Shown one piece after another: positions 1-10,004 of a stretch of 64,000 nt of DNA. The notes under the pieces were generated by a model. That model ran no database searches and was not told where the DNA came from. It saw only the letters and a list, made by a program, of their open reading frames with translations. Position numbers and translations under genes: made by a program. The DNA lies in the IMG/VR virus record IMGVR_UViG_3300005253_001115, positions 186,001-250,000 of that record, one strand, 5' to 3'. Every line of letters begins with the position of its first letter. Position 1 is the first letter of the stretch.

Positions 1-57
1 GGGCTTCAACTCGTTCTTCTAGCGTAGGGGTTTCATTTTCCATGCCCCTTCTTTAGC

Positions 58-357
58 CTAAGGACTATCTTCGTCCCTTACCAACTGGATGACGGGTGCG
101 TCTGGATGGCTGCCCTTCCTCAGAGGGGTTTTCATGACCGTTACAATGTAACCCTCCTGTAGTCCTCGGAGCTTGTCCCACAGCCGTCCAAATACGCCGG
201 ACCGTGCCAGCACCACAACGTGAGAAGCACAGAAATCTTCGAACTCTTCCTGGGTAAGTTTGAGGTGTCCCTCGTCCCCCAGGAACGCGATTAGTGCCTC
301 CTTGACCTGATTAGCCAGTCTGTCCAGGTCTTCGCCTGTGTAGGTGTAAACGTTCAT
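58..357 (-). CDS. hypothetical protein
   Basis: 99-aa ORF overlapping the ligase stop by 4 nt (coupled); no recognisable motif. Confidence 0.7.
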   Translation of the reverse strand: MNVYTYTGEDLDRLANQVKEALIAFLGDEGHLKLTQEEFEDFCASHVVVLARSGVFGRLWDKLRGLQEGYIVTVMKTPLRKGSHPDAPVIQLVRDEDSP

Positions 358-1739
358 ACAGTCTCCTTGGGAAGGTCGTCTCGTAGCCGCATGAAGACCG
401 GGTTCCGGGCAGCGTCACCGAGAGCGTGAGCATCCTTCTGTTGTGTCATTTCGATGATCATGCCGACAAGTTCATCTCGCCGAGTCCAGTGGTCCGCTCG
501 GTTCGCGTCACCCCGGACGTTACAGCGGGTCTCGGCACCGTTCGCCAGCCGAACCCGGTACCGACCGGCCCAATGCTCGTTACGCTTGCCCGCAGTTCCG
601 GGCATCACTTCTAGGAGGATGCCGTCAATGAACTCCTCTTCCTTACGCTTGAGCATGATGGGCGACCGGGACGGAAGATAAGGTGAGTTGAGATCCTTAA
701 TCATCGAGCCTTCGTGCTTCTCGCTCATGTACTGCTGGTGCGCGTCGGTAAGCTCCTCGTGGTTGTTGCAGATGACCTGGGGCATCAAGTTCGTAGAAGC
801 GTCCTCCTCACCTAGCGAGGCCACCAGCTTAACGAGATTCGCCCGCCGCTCATGGTGCGGCGTCCTGTCCATAGCGATCGTCGGATCGTACACGTCGAGA
901 CTGATGCGGTCGAAAGCCCAAAACTTCAACTCACTCTGAAGCTCAAGCCACATGTCGGGAGTAACCCGCTCCGGGCGGAAAATACCCTGGTAGGTGCCCG
1001 TCTTCAGCATGGCTGAAGTCTTTCCCCACGGCGACCTGTACTTCTTGCCACCGTAGGTGGAAAGAGGACCATTGGGTTCCCAATCAGCGTAGATTTCTCC
1101 ATCGACTGCGCCGTTGACGACTATCGGGGCCAACTCGTCAATGATGTGCTTGAGGACTTCGTTGTACTCCTTGCCGGAGCGGGTCTTCGCGACCCCTTTG
1201 CCGTCCGTGAAGACCATGGTAATGCGAAGCCCGTCATACTTGGGCTCGCAAGCTACCGGGAACTGAATCCCCATGTGGTGATCCTTGAACTTTTCTGCGA
1301 GGGAGACAGCGAAACTGGACGCTAGGTCAGGCCAGATCTCGCCGAAAGTGTTGACGTTCGCGCCAATCTGAAGGTTCCGGTTGAGGACGCGGCCGTACCA
1401 CTGAGCCCGATTGGGGTCGATGGCTCGCATGAAGCGGGTAATGGTGTCAATCGCTTCCTGCCCGGTGATGTTCCGAGCGGCAAGCTCATCGAGTATGGCG
1501 AGGAAAACGTCCCATTCCTCTTCCATCGAATACGAGTCGCCGAAGATGGCTTTTGCCTTGGGAAGGTCGAGCTGCTTCCATGTGATCCCATAGGTGGTCT
1601 TCCAGTCATAAGCCCGCCGAAACAACTCCTTCAAGATGGGGTTATTTGCGGCAGACCGCAGAAGATCCTTCTTCTCAGTCCGCTTGGAGGTGGCTTCGAC
1701 ATTCTCCAGGCACTTGATAGCGCGCTCTAGGTTCTGCAT
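354..1739 (-). CDS. ATP-dependent DNA ligase (T4 gp30-like)
   Basis: Motif I EPKYDGLR, DGEI, FWAFD, EGSMIK, MLKRK; N-terminal helical DNA-binding region and C-terminal OB-like end (NPVFMRLRDD). Confidence 0.93.
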   Translation of the reverse strand: MQNLERAIKCLENVEATSKRTEKKDLLRSAANNPILKELFRRAYDWKTTYGITWKQLDLPKAKAIFGDSYSMEEEWDVFLAILDELAARNITGQEAIDTITRFMRAIDPNRAQWYGRVLNRNLQIGANVNTFGEIWPDLASSFAVSLAEKFKDHHMGIQFPVACEPKYDGLRITMVFTDGKGVAKTRSGKEYNEVLKHIIDELAPIVVNGAVDGEIYADWEPNGPLSTYGGKKYRSPWGKTSAMLKTGTYQGIFRPERVTPDMWLELQSELKFWAFDRISLDVYDPTIAMDRTPHHERRANLVKLVASLGEEDASTNLMPQVICNNHEELTDAHQQYMSEKHEGSMIKDLNSPYLPSRSPIMLKRKEEEFIDGILLEVMPGTAGKRNEHWAGRYRVRLANGAETRCNVRGDANRADHWTRRDELVGMIIEMTQQKDAHALGDAARNPVFMRLRDDLPKETV

Positions 1740-1770
1740 TCATCTCTCTTCGGCGGTTAGCAGAGGAACT

Positions 1771-2343
1771 TTAGATAAAAACCAGTGCTTCGCTAACATC
1801 CGTAATTTCGTATCCCCAGCGTTCGTATTCGATTCCTGCGTTTGCTAGGTTAATAAGCGCCTGGGGATCGGTACCTGTGGCGTCGCCTTCCCATCGCTTG
1901 CCGGTCTCCGGGTCGCACTCAAACTTGTTCAGAGTGGGCCACACCACTCTGGTGATACCTGCTTGGATGATAGCCTGCGTGCAATTCGTACATGGAGGAC
2001 CAGTAAGATACATCGTCGCGCCCTTGAGCGCAACACCCTGGAAAGCAGCCGCGAAAACGGCGTTCCGGTCGCAGTGGGCGATATTAGCGTACTTGTACTC
2101 GCGATCAGCGTACAGCGCTTCATCGTCCGGGGCTCCCATCGGAAACCCGTTGTAACCCGTCGTGAGGATTCTCTTGTCCCTCTGGACAACGCAGCCAGTC
2201 TTGGTGCTGGGGTCCTTGGACTTCCGAGCCACAAGAAAGGCGATAGCGAGGAAATACTCGTCCCAGTTATCAATGTAGTCCTGCCTGCTAACGTCGTGCA
2301 ACAGGTCTTCCTTCGATACGGAACTGAATCTAAAGTCACTCAT
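1771..2343 (-). CDS. dCMP deaminase-like protein
   Basis: WDEYFLAIAFLVARKSKDPSTKTG, GYNGFP, HCDRNA (usually HAE), PPCTNC, IIQAGI; likely start MSDFRF at 2343 rather than 2601. Confidence 0.88.
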   Translation of the reverse strand: MSDFRFSSVSKEDLLHDVSRQDYIDNWDEYFLAIAFLVARKSKDPSTKTGCVVQRDKRILTTGYNGFPMGAPDDEALYADREYKYANIAHCDRNAVFAAAFQGVALKGATMYLTGPPCTNCTQAIIQAGITRVVWPTLNKFECDPETGKRWEGDATGTDPQALINLANAGIEYERWGYEITDVSEALVFI

Positions 2344-2875
2344 TGTCAAAATTTTCTCCCCAGTTAGGATTGCTGAAATCGTATTCTTCGCCCTCTTCTT
2401 CGGGCTGATAATTATCATCTTGCCACTGCGTGTCGAACTCATGCAGGTCGCTCTCGTCCAGGCTAGCCTTGGGCTTACGCCCTCTACGCTTAGGCTTCGC
2501 GCTGTTGTTCCTCTTCTTGCCTTCGTCGGACTCGGGGTCGAACTTATCAAAGACCTCCAGAAGGCAATCCAGGCCAACACTCCACGTATCAATGTCGTCA
2601 TACACCTTTAGGGTTATGCCCCGAGTCTTCGTATCGTATGCTTCGCTGAAGTAACAAGAGATGTCTGAGCCTTTTTGCCCATATTCTTTGTTGGAATCTT
2701 CATTGTAGATGCGAATAGACTGGCCCCGCTTGATCTTACGGATCATCTTGCTGGAGAGCTTATCTAGAGCGACAATCACATCAGTGGCCACCATGTGCAG
2801 GTCTTCCAGCGTGGTCTCTTCAGTACGCACAAGTTCACGTACACCGCTTCGCAGTCTTTTAGAATGATTGGACAT
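2336..2875 (-). CDS. hypothetical protein, acidic C-terminus
   Basis: 179-aa ORF coupled to the deaminase; CTAAAG motif upstream. Confidence 0.7.
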   Translation of the reverse strand: MSNHSKRLRSGVRELVRTEETTLEDLHMVATDVIVALDKLSSKMIRKIKRGQSIRIYNEDSNKEYGQKGSDISCYFSEAYDTKTRGITLKVYDDIDTWSVGLDCLLEVFDKFDPESDEGKKRNNSAKPKRRGRKPKASLDESDLHEFDTQWQDDNYQPEEEGEEYDFSNPNWGENFDNE

Positions 2876-2967
2876 GTCACAACTCTTTAGAGTAGCAAGG
2901 AAGAAATTCTCAACTTTTTCTCAAGTTCCTCCCGAATCCTCCGAAGAGGAGATCAAAGGAGGCAGAG

Positions 2968-3537
2968 ATGCCCGCATCGAAACGAATGGTCCGAGGGGGT
3001 GGAGACTTGCCCAGGAACCCTGCCCGTCTCAAGAAGAAGTCCGCAGACGCCGCAGGAGCGCCGCAGGAGTCCGCGCAGTTGGAACTAGTACCGGAGCCCC
3101 AGTCGGCTTCCGTTCCGGGTTCTGCGCCCGCTCAGACCATCTGTCGTGTCGTGGGCCTCGTCATTACGATCAAGTCCAGCACCTTGAGGGAGTCGGAGGG
3201 CAAGAGCCGTGATGGAAAGCCCCCGGTATATCGCTCGGTTATAGGTAAAGATGCCGGTGGGAAGTCCTACTGGATGGCCCTTGAAATGAAGGAGGCCAAT
3301 CCCCAGAAGGGAGAGCAGTGGGTCGTCCAGGGACGTGAGCGGAAGGCTTTCGGCAAGGAAAAAGATCCGCTACATCCCATTGACGTTACGTCCTTTAAGC
3401 CATTCGAGGAAGATTCTTCAGAATGTGCTAAAGTCTCGTCCACGTCAGCCGATACTCTGGTGCAGACCATGGCAGGGTTGGTCCGAGAGCATGGCAACTA
3501 CACCGTTCTCAAGGCGCTCGCCGAAGCTATCAAATAG
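2968..3537 (+). CDS. hypothetical protein
   Basis: 189-aa ORF with GGAGG SD upstream. Confidence 0.65.
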   Translation: MPASKRMVRGGGDLPRNPARLKKKSADAAGAPQESAQLELVPEPQSASVPGSAPAQTICRVVGLVITIKSSTLRESEGKSRDGKPPVYRSVIGKDAGGKSYWMALEMKEANPQKGEQWVVQGRERKAFGKEKDPLHPIDVTSFKPFEEDSSECAKVSSTSADTLVQTMAGLVREHGNYTVLKALAEAIK

Positions 3538-3545
3538 GAGCGAAC

Positions 3546-4367
3546 ATGGCATCCAAGATCAAGAGCCTCAAAGTGATCGAAATCATCCGAGACGGTGATT
3601 ATTTCTGGCAGACCGACGCCAAGATCCCCGCCACTATGCAGACCAAGCTCGGGTGGAAAGAGGTTGACGACGGCATTTTCGAGGTCCATCGTCCCCCGCG
3701 TTCTGGGCGGGCCGCTTACGGACGCGAGGTCGAGAGTTTCGGCTTCAAAATCAAGCGCACTGAGCAGCAGAAGGTAATTGCTCCTCCAGTCCTAGAGGAC
3801 GAGGAGAAATCCGAGGGCGAGAATAGGCTCCAGCTTTACCTCGACGCCAAGGATGAGGCTGCGCAGGCGAAGGAAACGTCCGACGACATGCGGGACGAGT
3901 TGAAGGATTGGATGGTGGCGCACGCTGCTCCCAAGGACCCCGCTCACGCCGACGCACGTATCGCGCAGATCGGCAAGTACAAGGTTCACAATTCCTGGGT
4001 GAACGGACGCGAGACGAAGTGGGACGACCGAGACCACAAGCCGGTTGGCGATTGGGCCATAGGTGAGGGTTGCGCCGACGAGTTGGTTCAGGTGATAATC
4101 CACCGAACGGTCACGTTTTCGGACTACGAAGAGAACGGTATCCCGGACGGCTTCGAGGGCAATATCTCAATTGACCCGGATGTTTACGACTTCTACGTGC
4201 GCACGGGTGCGGTCCCGAAAGAGATCCACGACACATTCGAGGCCCGGGGTAAGGGTTACTACGGGGTCAAGGTATACGAGACAAAGGACACCTCTTGCAC
4301 GAACTGCGGATCAAAGGTCGCGAAGACGGCGAAGTTCTGCGGTGAGTGTGGAACGAAGCAGGCATGA
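3546..4367 (+). CDS. hypothetical protein with C-terminal zinc ribbon
   Basis: C-terminal CTNCG...FCGECG; AGGAG SD. Confidence 0.75.
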   Translation: MASKIKSLKVIEIIRDGDYFWQTDAKIPATMQTKLGWKEVDDGIFEVHRPPRSGRAAYGREVESFGFKIKRTEQQKVIAPPVLEDEEKSEGENRLQLYLDAKDEAAQAKETSDDMRDELKDWMVAHAAPKDPAHADARIAQIGKYKVHNSWVNGRETKWDDRDHKPVGDWAIGEGCADELVQVIIHRTVTFSDYEENGIPDGFEGNISIDPDVYDFYVRTGAVPKEIHDTFEARGKGYYGVKVYETKDTSCTNCGSKVAKTAKFCGECGTKQA

Positions 4368-4687
4368 GCGACTATCCTGCTACTCCCGAGCTAGACAAGA
4401 TACGGGCGCATCGAGACACGTCCCAGGCGATAGGGTCATTCATTGACTGGCTCGCCACCGAGGCCCGATTTGGACCGCAGAGCGGAGAAGGTCGTAAAGC
4501 GGCAATACGCGCGCAAAAGCTCAACAACTCGCCCGTAAAGCTGTGCTTGTTTGATGAGCACTGGAATGAGTGGAGGCCGGTTGCCCTCAGGATAGAGGAA
4601 ATGCTGGCCCGGTACTTTGAGATTGACCTCAACAAGGTTGAAGAGGAGCGTAGAGCCCTCTTGGAGCACATACGAGAAGAAGGTTAG
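4364..4687 (+). CDS. hypothetical protein
   Basis: ATGA overlap with the upstream stop; contains GRKAAIRAQK motif. Confidence 0.7.
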   Translation: MSDYPATPELDKIRAHRDTSQAIGSFIDWLATEARFGPQSGEGRKAAIRAQKLNNSPVKLCLFDEHWNEWRPVALRIEEMLARYFEIDLNKVEEERRALLEHIREEG

Positions 4688-4790
4688 AATAAAGACAAAG
4701 GGCTAAAGATTCGGCCTGCCAGGCCGAAGAGTAGAATATGCCTCACAGATGGGTGAGGCAGACTGAAGCGTAAGAAAAGGAATCAATCAA

Positions 4791-6008
4791 ATGGGAAAGT
4801 CCTATTTCGTAGAACTGGGTATCATTGGGTGGGAGCATATCGAACCTATCATTCTCGGTGCGATACTCTGTAACAAGTCGGTACTCCTCAACGGCATGCA
4901 CGGTTCCAATAAGACGGAAGGCTGCGCGCTAATCAGCGAAGCGGTCTTCGGCGAGGGAACTAAGTTCGTACCCTACGATACGTCTCTCGTCAATGCTGAC
5001 GATCTGCTCGGGTTCCTGAACCCGGCGTGTCTTCAGGCTGGAGAGATCGAGTACATTTCCACTCCTGACTCGATCTGGGATGCTACGTCCTGTCTTCTCG
5101 ATGAAATCAACCGATGTAACCCCTACAATGCTGCGAAGTTCTTCGAAATCGTCCGTGCTCGCACGATCAACGGTCGCCCGACTGACCTTCAGTTCGTGTG
5201 GGCGGCTTGTAATCCCCCGGACAAGTACAACACTGCGCACATGGACCCTGCCCAGGTGTCCCGATTCGTGGTGCTGAACGTTCCGACCTACGGTGAACTC
5301 TCGAACTCTGACCAAAAGAGGATCATGAATCTTGGGGAGCATGGGGCGGCTGGTTCGCTCAAGCCTTTGCTCGATCAGGCTAGAGCAGCAAGCATCCCCG
5401 CTGGACAGGCCAAGGCGATCGAGGCGAAGGTCACCAAGCTCGCCGAGACCATGAACAAGTCTGGTATCCAGTTCTCCGGTCGTCAGGTTCGGGATCTGCA
5501 CAACATATTCTCGAACATGGATCGCATTTCTCAGGTCTTCGATGGTCTGGAAATCAATGAACAGATTCTCTGTACTGCGGTCATGGGTCTGATTCCCGAG
5601 ACTACAGGATTGATTCGAACTACGATCGACAGGATGAAGGTCGAGGCGGAAATCGCTACGGTCCTCCACGGGTTCAAGCTGAGCGATCCGGTTCTGACTG
5701 CCGCCAACGTGGCTGAACTCTGCAAGGCTAAGATCAGGGATGGTGCAGGACTCGCCGCTGCCATCGCAGACATGCTCCATACTGAGGACGACCCGAAGAT
5801 GATCGAAAAGGCATGGCAGAACATCACGGCGCGACAGGATATTCAGCCTGACGTGTTCAAAACTCTGCGGCAGACGTTTGCAGCGCGGGTAGCTCTAATC
5901 AAGCTTCCCAAGGATGCCAAGATCGAAGACGCTGCGGCGGCGGTCAAGGTAGAACTCAACAACTACGGTCCCAAAGCTGCCCGCTCGGGACGAAAGAAGA
6001 AGGCATAG
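4791..6008 (+). CDS. MoxR-type AAA+ ATPase
   Basis: Walker A variant GMHGSNKT, Walker B LLDEINR, sensor AACNP, MDPAQVSRF arginine finger. Confidence 0.85.
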   Translation: MGKSYFVELGIIGWEHIEPIILGAILCNKSVLLNGMHGSNKTEGCALISEAVFGEGTKFVPYDTSLVNADDLLGFLNPACLQAGEIEYISTPDSIWDATSCLLDEINRCNPYNAAKFFEIVRARTINGRPTDLQFVWAACNPPDKYNTAHMDPAQVSRFVVLNVPTYGELSNSDQKRIMNLGEHGAAGSLKPLLDQARAASIPAGQAKAIEAKVTKLAETMNKSGIQFSGRQVRDLHNIFSNMDRISQVFDGLEINEQILCTAVMGLIPETTGLIRTTIDRMKVEAEIATVLHGFKLSDPVLTAANVAELCKAKIRDGAGLAAAIADMLHTEDDPKMIEKAWQNITARQDIQPDVFKTLRQTFAARVALIKLPKDAKIEDAAAAVKVELNNYGPKAARSGRKKKA

Positions 6009-6017
6009 GAGAAAGAG

Positions 6018-6608
6018 ATGACTACCGGAAAACGACTGAAGGAACAGTGGCACAAGGGTACTGATAAGTACGAGGAGGGAAAGACACTCACAGATATCTT
6101 CGCCCATGAGGTGGAGAACCCGAAGATGGCATGGTACGTCGATTACTACACCGAAGACCCGGGACGTTACCGGGTGCGCTATCTGGCAGTGTCGCCCCGG
6201 AACACGATTTTCATGACTAATGAAAACAAGGACGAGCGCGATCCGGCGGATCTTGAATCATCACAGTGGGGCGGCGCGGACGTTGCCGAGTGGTTCTCTC
6301 CCGATGGCTCGAATGTCGAGCATCGTTGGGTGTTCCTCTTCCAGCATGCCTCAGGTGAGGTGTACGGGATTCACTGCGAGGCGAACCGGGTGTTTGCCTT
6401 CGGCCCGGCGAGCCTGTCTCTCCCGATGGTGAACCTCTGGGAAGAGTATGTAGAGCATGGCATCCTCGGCCCGGTACAGGCTTGCTCCAAGATCTCTGAG
6501 TCGAAGCTCTTCGGCATCATTGAGGACCCGAACGTACAGGGTCAGTTGGTGAAGGCGGGGCTGCTACAGGAGTACCTGGGCGCTCTCGCGGCGCTTCTGG
6601 ACGAGTAG
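6018..6608 (+). CDS. hypothetical protein
   Basis: 196-aa ORF between the ATPase and vWA genes; AGGAG SD. Confidence 0.7.
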   Translation: MTTGKRLKEQWHKGTDKYEEGKTLTDIFAHEVENPKMAWYVDYYTEDPGRYRVRYLAVSPRNTIFMTNENKDERDPADLESSQWGGADVAEWFSPDGSNVEHRWVFLFQHASGEVYGIHCEANRVFAFGPASLSLPMVNLWEEYVEHGILGPVQACSKISESKLFGIIEDPNVQGQLVKAGLLQEYLGALAALLDE

Positions 6609-6728
6609 GGCACGGGGGCAGGGTCCATCTCTCCCTGTCCCCGAGGGGCCTCCAGGTAGTTGTGATTCCTCTGCCGGGAGGCCCCACTTTTCACTAAAGT
6701 AATCCGACGGGAGACCGAAGAGTAAAGT

Positions 6729-8825
6729 ATGGCTACAGACTACCTCACGGGGATCAAAACGAAGATCGAGCGGGGCGACCTCAAAGGTGCCGAGCGTGAT
6801 CTTCATCTCCTCATCACCACTAAGGACTTCATGAGGGTCTGGGGTCGTAATGACCTTCCCGTCCTCTGGGGACATATTTCCCACATTACGCTGGACGAGT
6901 CAATTGGTACTGCAAGCGTGAACCTTTATACCGGCAGGCTCATGATCGCTCCCTCTCTTCTTCTGAAGACGGTCCACTCGATCCATGATCTCCTGTTCAT
7001 CATTATGCACGAGCGCGACCATCGTCTGCTCCGGCGCATTTACCGGGTGGACTGGTTCCGCCTACGTAAGCTCCTCGACTACAATGAAGACTGGTTCGAC
7101 AAGGTGTCGGGAGTGGTTGAGGATGCCTGGATCAATGCTAGCGTGCGGTCTTCGATGGGCATCAAGTCTGGCTTTCCCGAGCAGTTCTATTGCTGGACTC
7201 AGGCAGACATTGACAATCCAGGAAAACCCACTCCCGAGAACCCAAGAACTTCTGGCTTCGATCCAGCTAAGAGGCACAAGCTCGGCGACCCCCGGTCCCC
7301 GGAGTTCGCGCTTTTTACCTGCCTTTCTCCCTTCGTCCATGACGACATTCAGAAAGGGCACGAGGGTTTGTACTCGGACACTGACGAACTGCTGAAGGAG
7401 CACGGTCTTACTCCGGTCTCGCACCGAACCAGCAATCCTCGTCGCCGCCATCACCGATACGACTACGGGCGATACGGTACCATGCTCTCGTTCCCAGAGT
7501 GGTACACTGTATTCTGTGATTGGCTGGAGATACACAAGGACGACCTTGCTCGGCCTGCCCCCGGTACCGAGCACGAGGAAGATTGCCCACAGCACCCAGA
7601 TAACAGCGAAGACGAAGGCGAGGGCGAAGGCGAGGGCGAAGGCGAGGGTGAAGGCGAGGGTGAAGGCGAGGGTGAAGGCGAGGGTGAAGGCGAGGGTGAA
7701 GGCGAAGGCGAGGGTGAAGGCGAGGGTGAAGGCGAGGGTGAAGGCGAGGGTGAAGGCGAGGGTGAAGGCGAGGGTGAAGGCTCTGGTTCGGGTGATGACG
7801 CCGATAAGAACGACCCCGCAAAAGGTCACGGACACGGCGGACGAAAGCCTTGCACCTGCAACGGTGGTAACGGCCTGCTCGACGAGCCGATGACTTTGAA
7901 GGAGCGCCTTGCCCGGATACCGGGTCTCATCAAGTCGATTGATGAAATCATGAACAAAGCTCTCGATAAGGACATTCGGCGGGATGCCGGGGACAAGGAC
8001 CCAAACGGCAAGGATCAGCCCATCGAGGTTATGGAAATGTCTGGTCCCAAGGGTGTTAGTTGGGGCGGCAAGGTCCACGGTACAGAGATCGTTCCTAAAG
8101 AGATAGAGGATCTTGACGACTTCGATCGTGGGCTCCTCGAAATGGGTGGCTCGACACTGACCGATTCCCATAAGACTGATACGGTACAAATCAAGGGTGC
8201 GGTAAAGCGCTACGCTGACGATCTGGTACAAAACATCGCTACCATGCGAGTAACGGACCACAGGATTATTCGACCGGATTTCAACATCCCCGCGCGACCG
8301 TCGCGGCGGGATATAATGAGCCTCGGTATGGGTTACATGCCGCCGATGTGGGACCACAACCAGTACCTTGAGCAGAACGAATTGATCGTTTACACGGATG
8401 TATCGGGCTCGATGAGTAACTGGTACTCGGTTGCCCTGTACCTAACGAAGCAACTGCGAGAGTTCGGCTGCACTGCCTACCAGTTTTCGACGGTGATTTG
8501 CCAGCCTGTTCCGGGTCGCGACGACAACATTTTCTGGGGTACGGGCGGGACGCACTTCAATGCAGTCGCCGCCCACATTAAGGCAAAGGGCTTCAAGTCG
8601 GTTATCATCATTACCGACAACTGCGACAACCTGTCTCCTGACTGGCACGAGTTTCTGAGGGATGAGGTTCCCGAGCTATACCTTGTGTTCCTTGAGGATG
8701 GTAATCGACCCCCAAACCTCGATGAGCAGAAGTACGGTTGGGGTGGTGGAAGTCGCGCTCGCGGTTTCTTTGGCACCTCTGAGAACATCACGGGTATTTT
8801 CGACTCGGATGTGGGGAAGAAGTAA
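6729..8825 (+). CDS. metallopeptidase-like plus vWA domain protein (MoxR partner)
   Basis: HExxH (HERDH) followed by an ED-x-x-IN motif; C-terminal MIDAS DVSGS, GGT, IIITD; central (GE)n linker. Confidence 0.82.
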   Translation: MATDYLTGIKTKIERGDLKGAERDLHLLITTKDFMRVWGRNDLPVLWGHISHITLDESIGTASVNLYTGRLMIAPSLLLKTVHSIHDLLFIIMHERDHRLLRRIYRVDWFRLRKLLDYNEDWFDKVSGVVEDAWINASVRSSMGIKSGFPEQFYCWTQADIDNPGKPTPENPRTSGFDPAKRHKLGDPRSPEFALFTCLSPFVHDDIQKGHEGLYSDTDELLKEHGLTPVSHRTSNPRRRHHRYDYGRYGTMLSFPEWYTVFCDWLEIHKDDLARPAPGTEHEEDCPQHPDNSEDEGEGEGEGEGEGEGEGEGEGEGEGEGEGEGEGEGEGEGEGEGEGEGEGEGEGEGEGSGSGDDADKNDPAKGHGHGGRKPCTCNGGNGLLDEPMTLKERLARIPGLIKSIDEIMNKALDKDIRRDAGDKDPNGKDQPIEVMEMSGPKGVSWGGKVHGTEIVPKEIEDLDDFDRGLLEMGGSTLTDSHKTDTVQIKGAVKRYADDLVQNIATMRVTDHRIIRPDFNIPARPSRRDIMSLGMGYMPPMWDHNQYLEQNELIVYTDVSGSMSNWYSVALYLTKQLREFGCTAYQFSTVICQPVPGRDDNIFWGTGGTHFNAVAAHIKAKGFKSVIIITDNCDNLSPDWHEFLRDEVPELYLVFLEDGNRPPNLDEQKYGWGGGSRARGFFGTSENITGIFDSDVGKK
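7614..7781 (+). repeat. in-frame microsatellite (GAAGGCGAGGGT)n encoding poly-(Glu-Gly)
   Basis: About 168 nt of 6/12-nt tandem repeat, directly visible. Confidence 0.97.
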
Positions 8826-8827
8826 TT

Positions 8828-9181
8828 GTGACGATCTCGGTGTACACGATAGGTTGGTGCGCGTTGGCGCTGTCGTTGGTTTACCTGTGGTACTGTAACT
8901 TCGGCGTCAATATTCGTAGCAGGGTTTCAAAACGGTTCACAAAAAGTGTGCCGTTACAGTTCGCCGTCGTGTACGACCAGTTCGGGGAGGTTGTTCCGGT
9001 TTGCGGGTATATTCGTCCCGGTGAGTGGCAATGCAACTGCAAGGCGAAGCCGTGTTGTAGCGTCCTTGTACGCATACGAGCAAAGGCGAAGGCGGATGCC
9101 CAGCAGCACGACAAGCCGGAGATCACCGACCGCCGTGGGTTGATTGCCGCCCAGAAAGCAAGGAAACGGAATGGAAGTTAA
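8828..9181 (+). CDS. membrane-anchored hypothetical protein
   Basis: N-terminal hydrophobic helix, Cys cluster, C-terminal RRGLIAAQKARK. Confidence 0.65.
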   Translation: MTISVYTIGWCALALSLVYLWYCNFGVNIRSRVSKRFTKSVPLQFAVVYDQFGEVVPVCGYIRPGEWQCNCKAKPCCSVLVRIRAKAKADAQQHDKPEITDRRGLIAAQKARKRNGS

Positions 9182-9398
9182 GGCAGGCTGCTATTACAGG
9201 CGAGAAGACGGACCGATCGTTAAAGTCCTTCACGGAAACGTGACCCCTTTCTGCGGGCACAAAAATCATCGGTCTGTAGTATACAGGTACCGGGAAGGCG
9301 AGTGGCCTACCCCGTCTGAATACATGTCTTACGACCTGTTCGTAGAGATGCACGAAGGCCCACTAGGTTGGGACGAAGCACTGAAGGAGTTTAAGTGA
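9171..9398 (+). CDS. hypothetical protein
   Basis: Likely start MEVKAG at 9171, downstream of AAGGA. Confidence 0.55.
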   Translation: MEVKAGCYYRREDGPIVKVLHGNVTPFCGHKNHRSVVYRYREGEWPTPSEYMSYDLFVEMHEGPLGWDEALKEFK

Positions 9399-9592
9399 TG
9401 GCTGAAGAATTGATCCATGGACTACAGCTTCTCGTGGAGGCTGGAGGCAAGAACTTCTTGTGCTGCGCTGAGCACGACGTTATCTATGCCGATGCGAGAA
9501 TCACCCCGGATAGCATGGAACCCAGTGTAGTGTCCGCTCTGGAAAAGGCCGGGTGGGGCTACGGAGAACACGGGTGGTATCATTTTGTCTAA
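9398..9592 (+). CDS. small hypothetical phage protein
   Basis: Coupled ORF with AEHDVIY motif; AAGGAG SD. Confidence 0.55.
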   Translation: MAEELIHGLQLLVEAGGKNFLCCAEHDVIYADARITPDSMEPSVVSALEKAGWGYGEHGWYHFV

Positions 9593-9608
9593 AGTGGAGA
9601 ACACGAGA

Positions 9609-10004
9609 ATGAGTGAATACACCCGATTCTCAAACTTGGCCGGGTCTGAGGCTTCAGATGAGGTTTGTACTCGTGAGCTAGAAAGGGCTGGTATCGAGGT
9701 GGTCAAACTGCCGGAGATCTGCCGATACGGCGAGCCTAAGACCGTCGTCATGGGGCAGCTTGGACCGTGGGGTTTCCGGCGAACATGGTACTACTGGGTA
9801 GCAGAGGGTCCGGGTATTCCGCCCGTAGAGGCTGAGGCTCTGCACGAGGAGCACGGCAAGGTCGTCCGTGTAGACGGGCACTGTGGTGCTCCGTCTCCTC
9901 TGGAGTGGTTCAAAGGATTCGCAGTCGGCCACTATCACGTCGATGCCCAAGAGGGTCTGACAGCACTGGCCGAAACCATTAACACATTGAGGAGAGACCG
10001 ATGA
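9609..10004 (+). CDS. hypothetical phage protein
   Basis: WGFRRTWYYWVA, VRVDGHCG and YHVD motifs; start uncertain (9585 or 9609). Confidence 0.65.
   Translation: MSEYTRFSNLAGSEASDEVCTRELERAGIEVVKLPEICRYGEPKTVVMGQLGPWGFRRTWYYWVAEGPGIPPVEAEALHEEHGKVVRVDGHCGAPSPLEWFKGFAVGHYHVDAQEGLTALAETINTLRRDR

Noticed and set aside
7062-8357. Alternative-frame ORFs (AFTL, PRLH and KARV repeats)
   Set aside because: They are shadows of the stop-free (EG)n microsatellite in the vWA gene.
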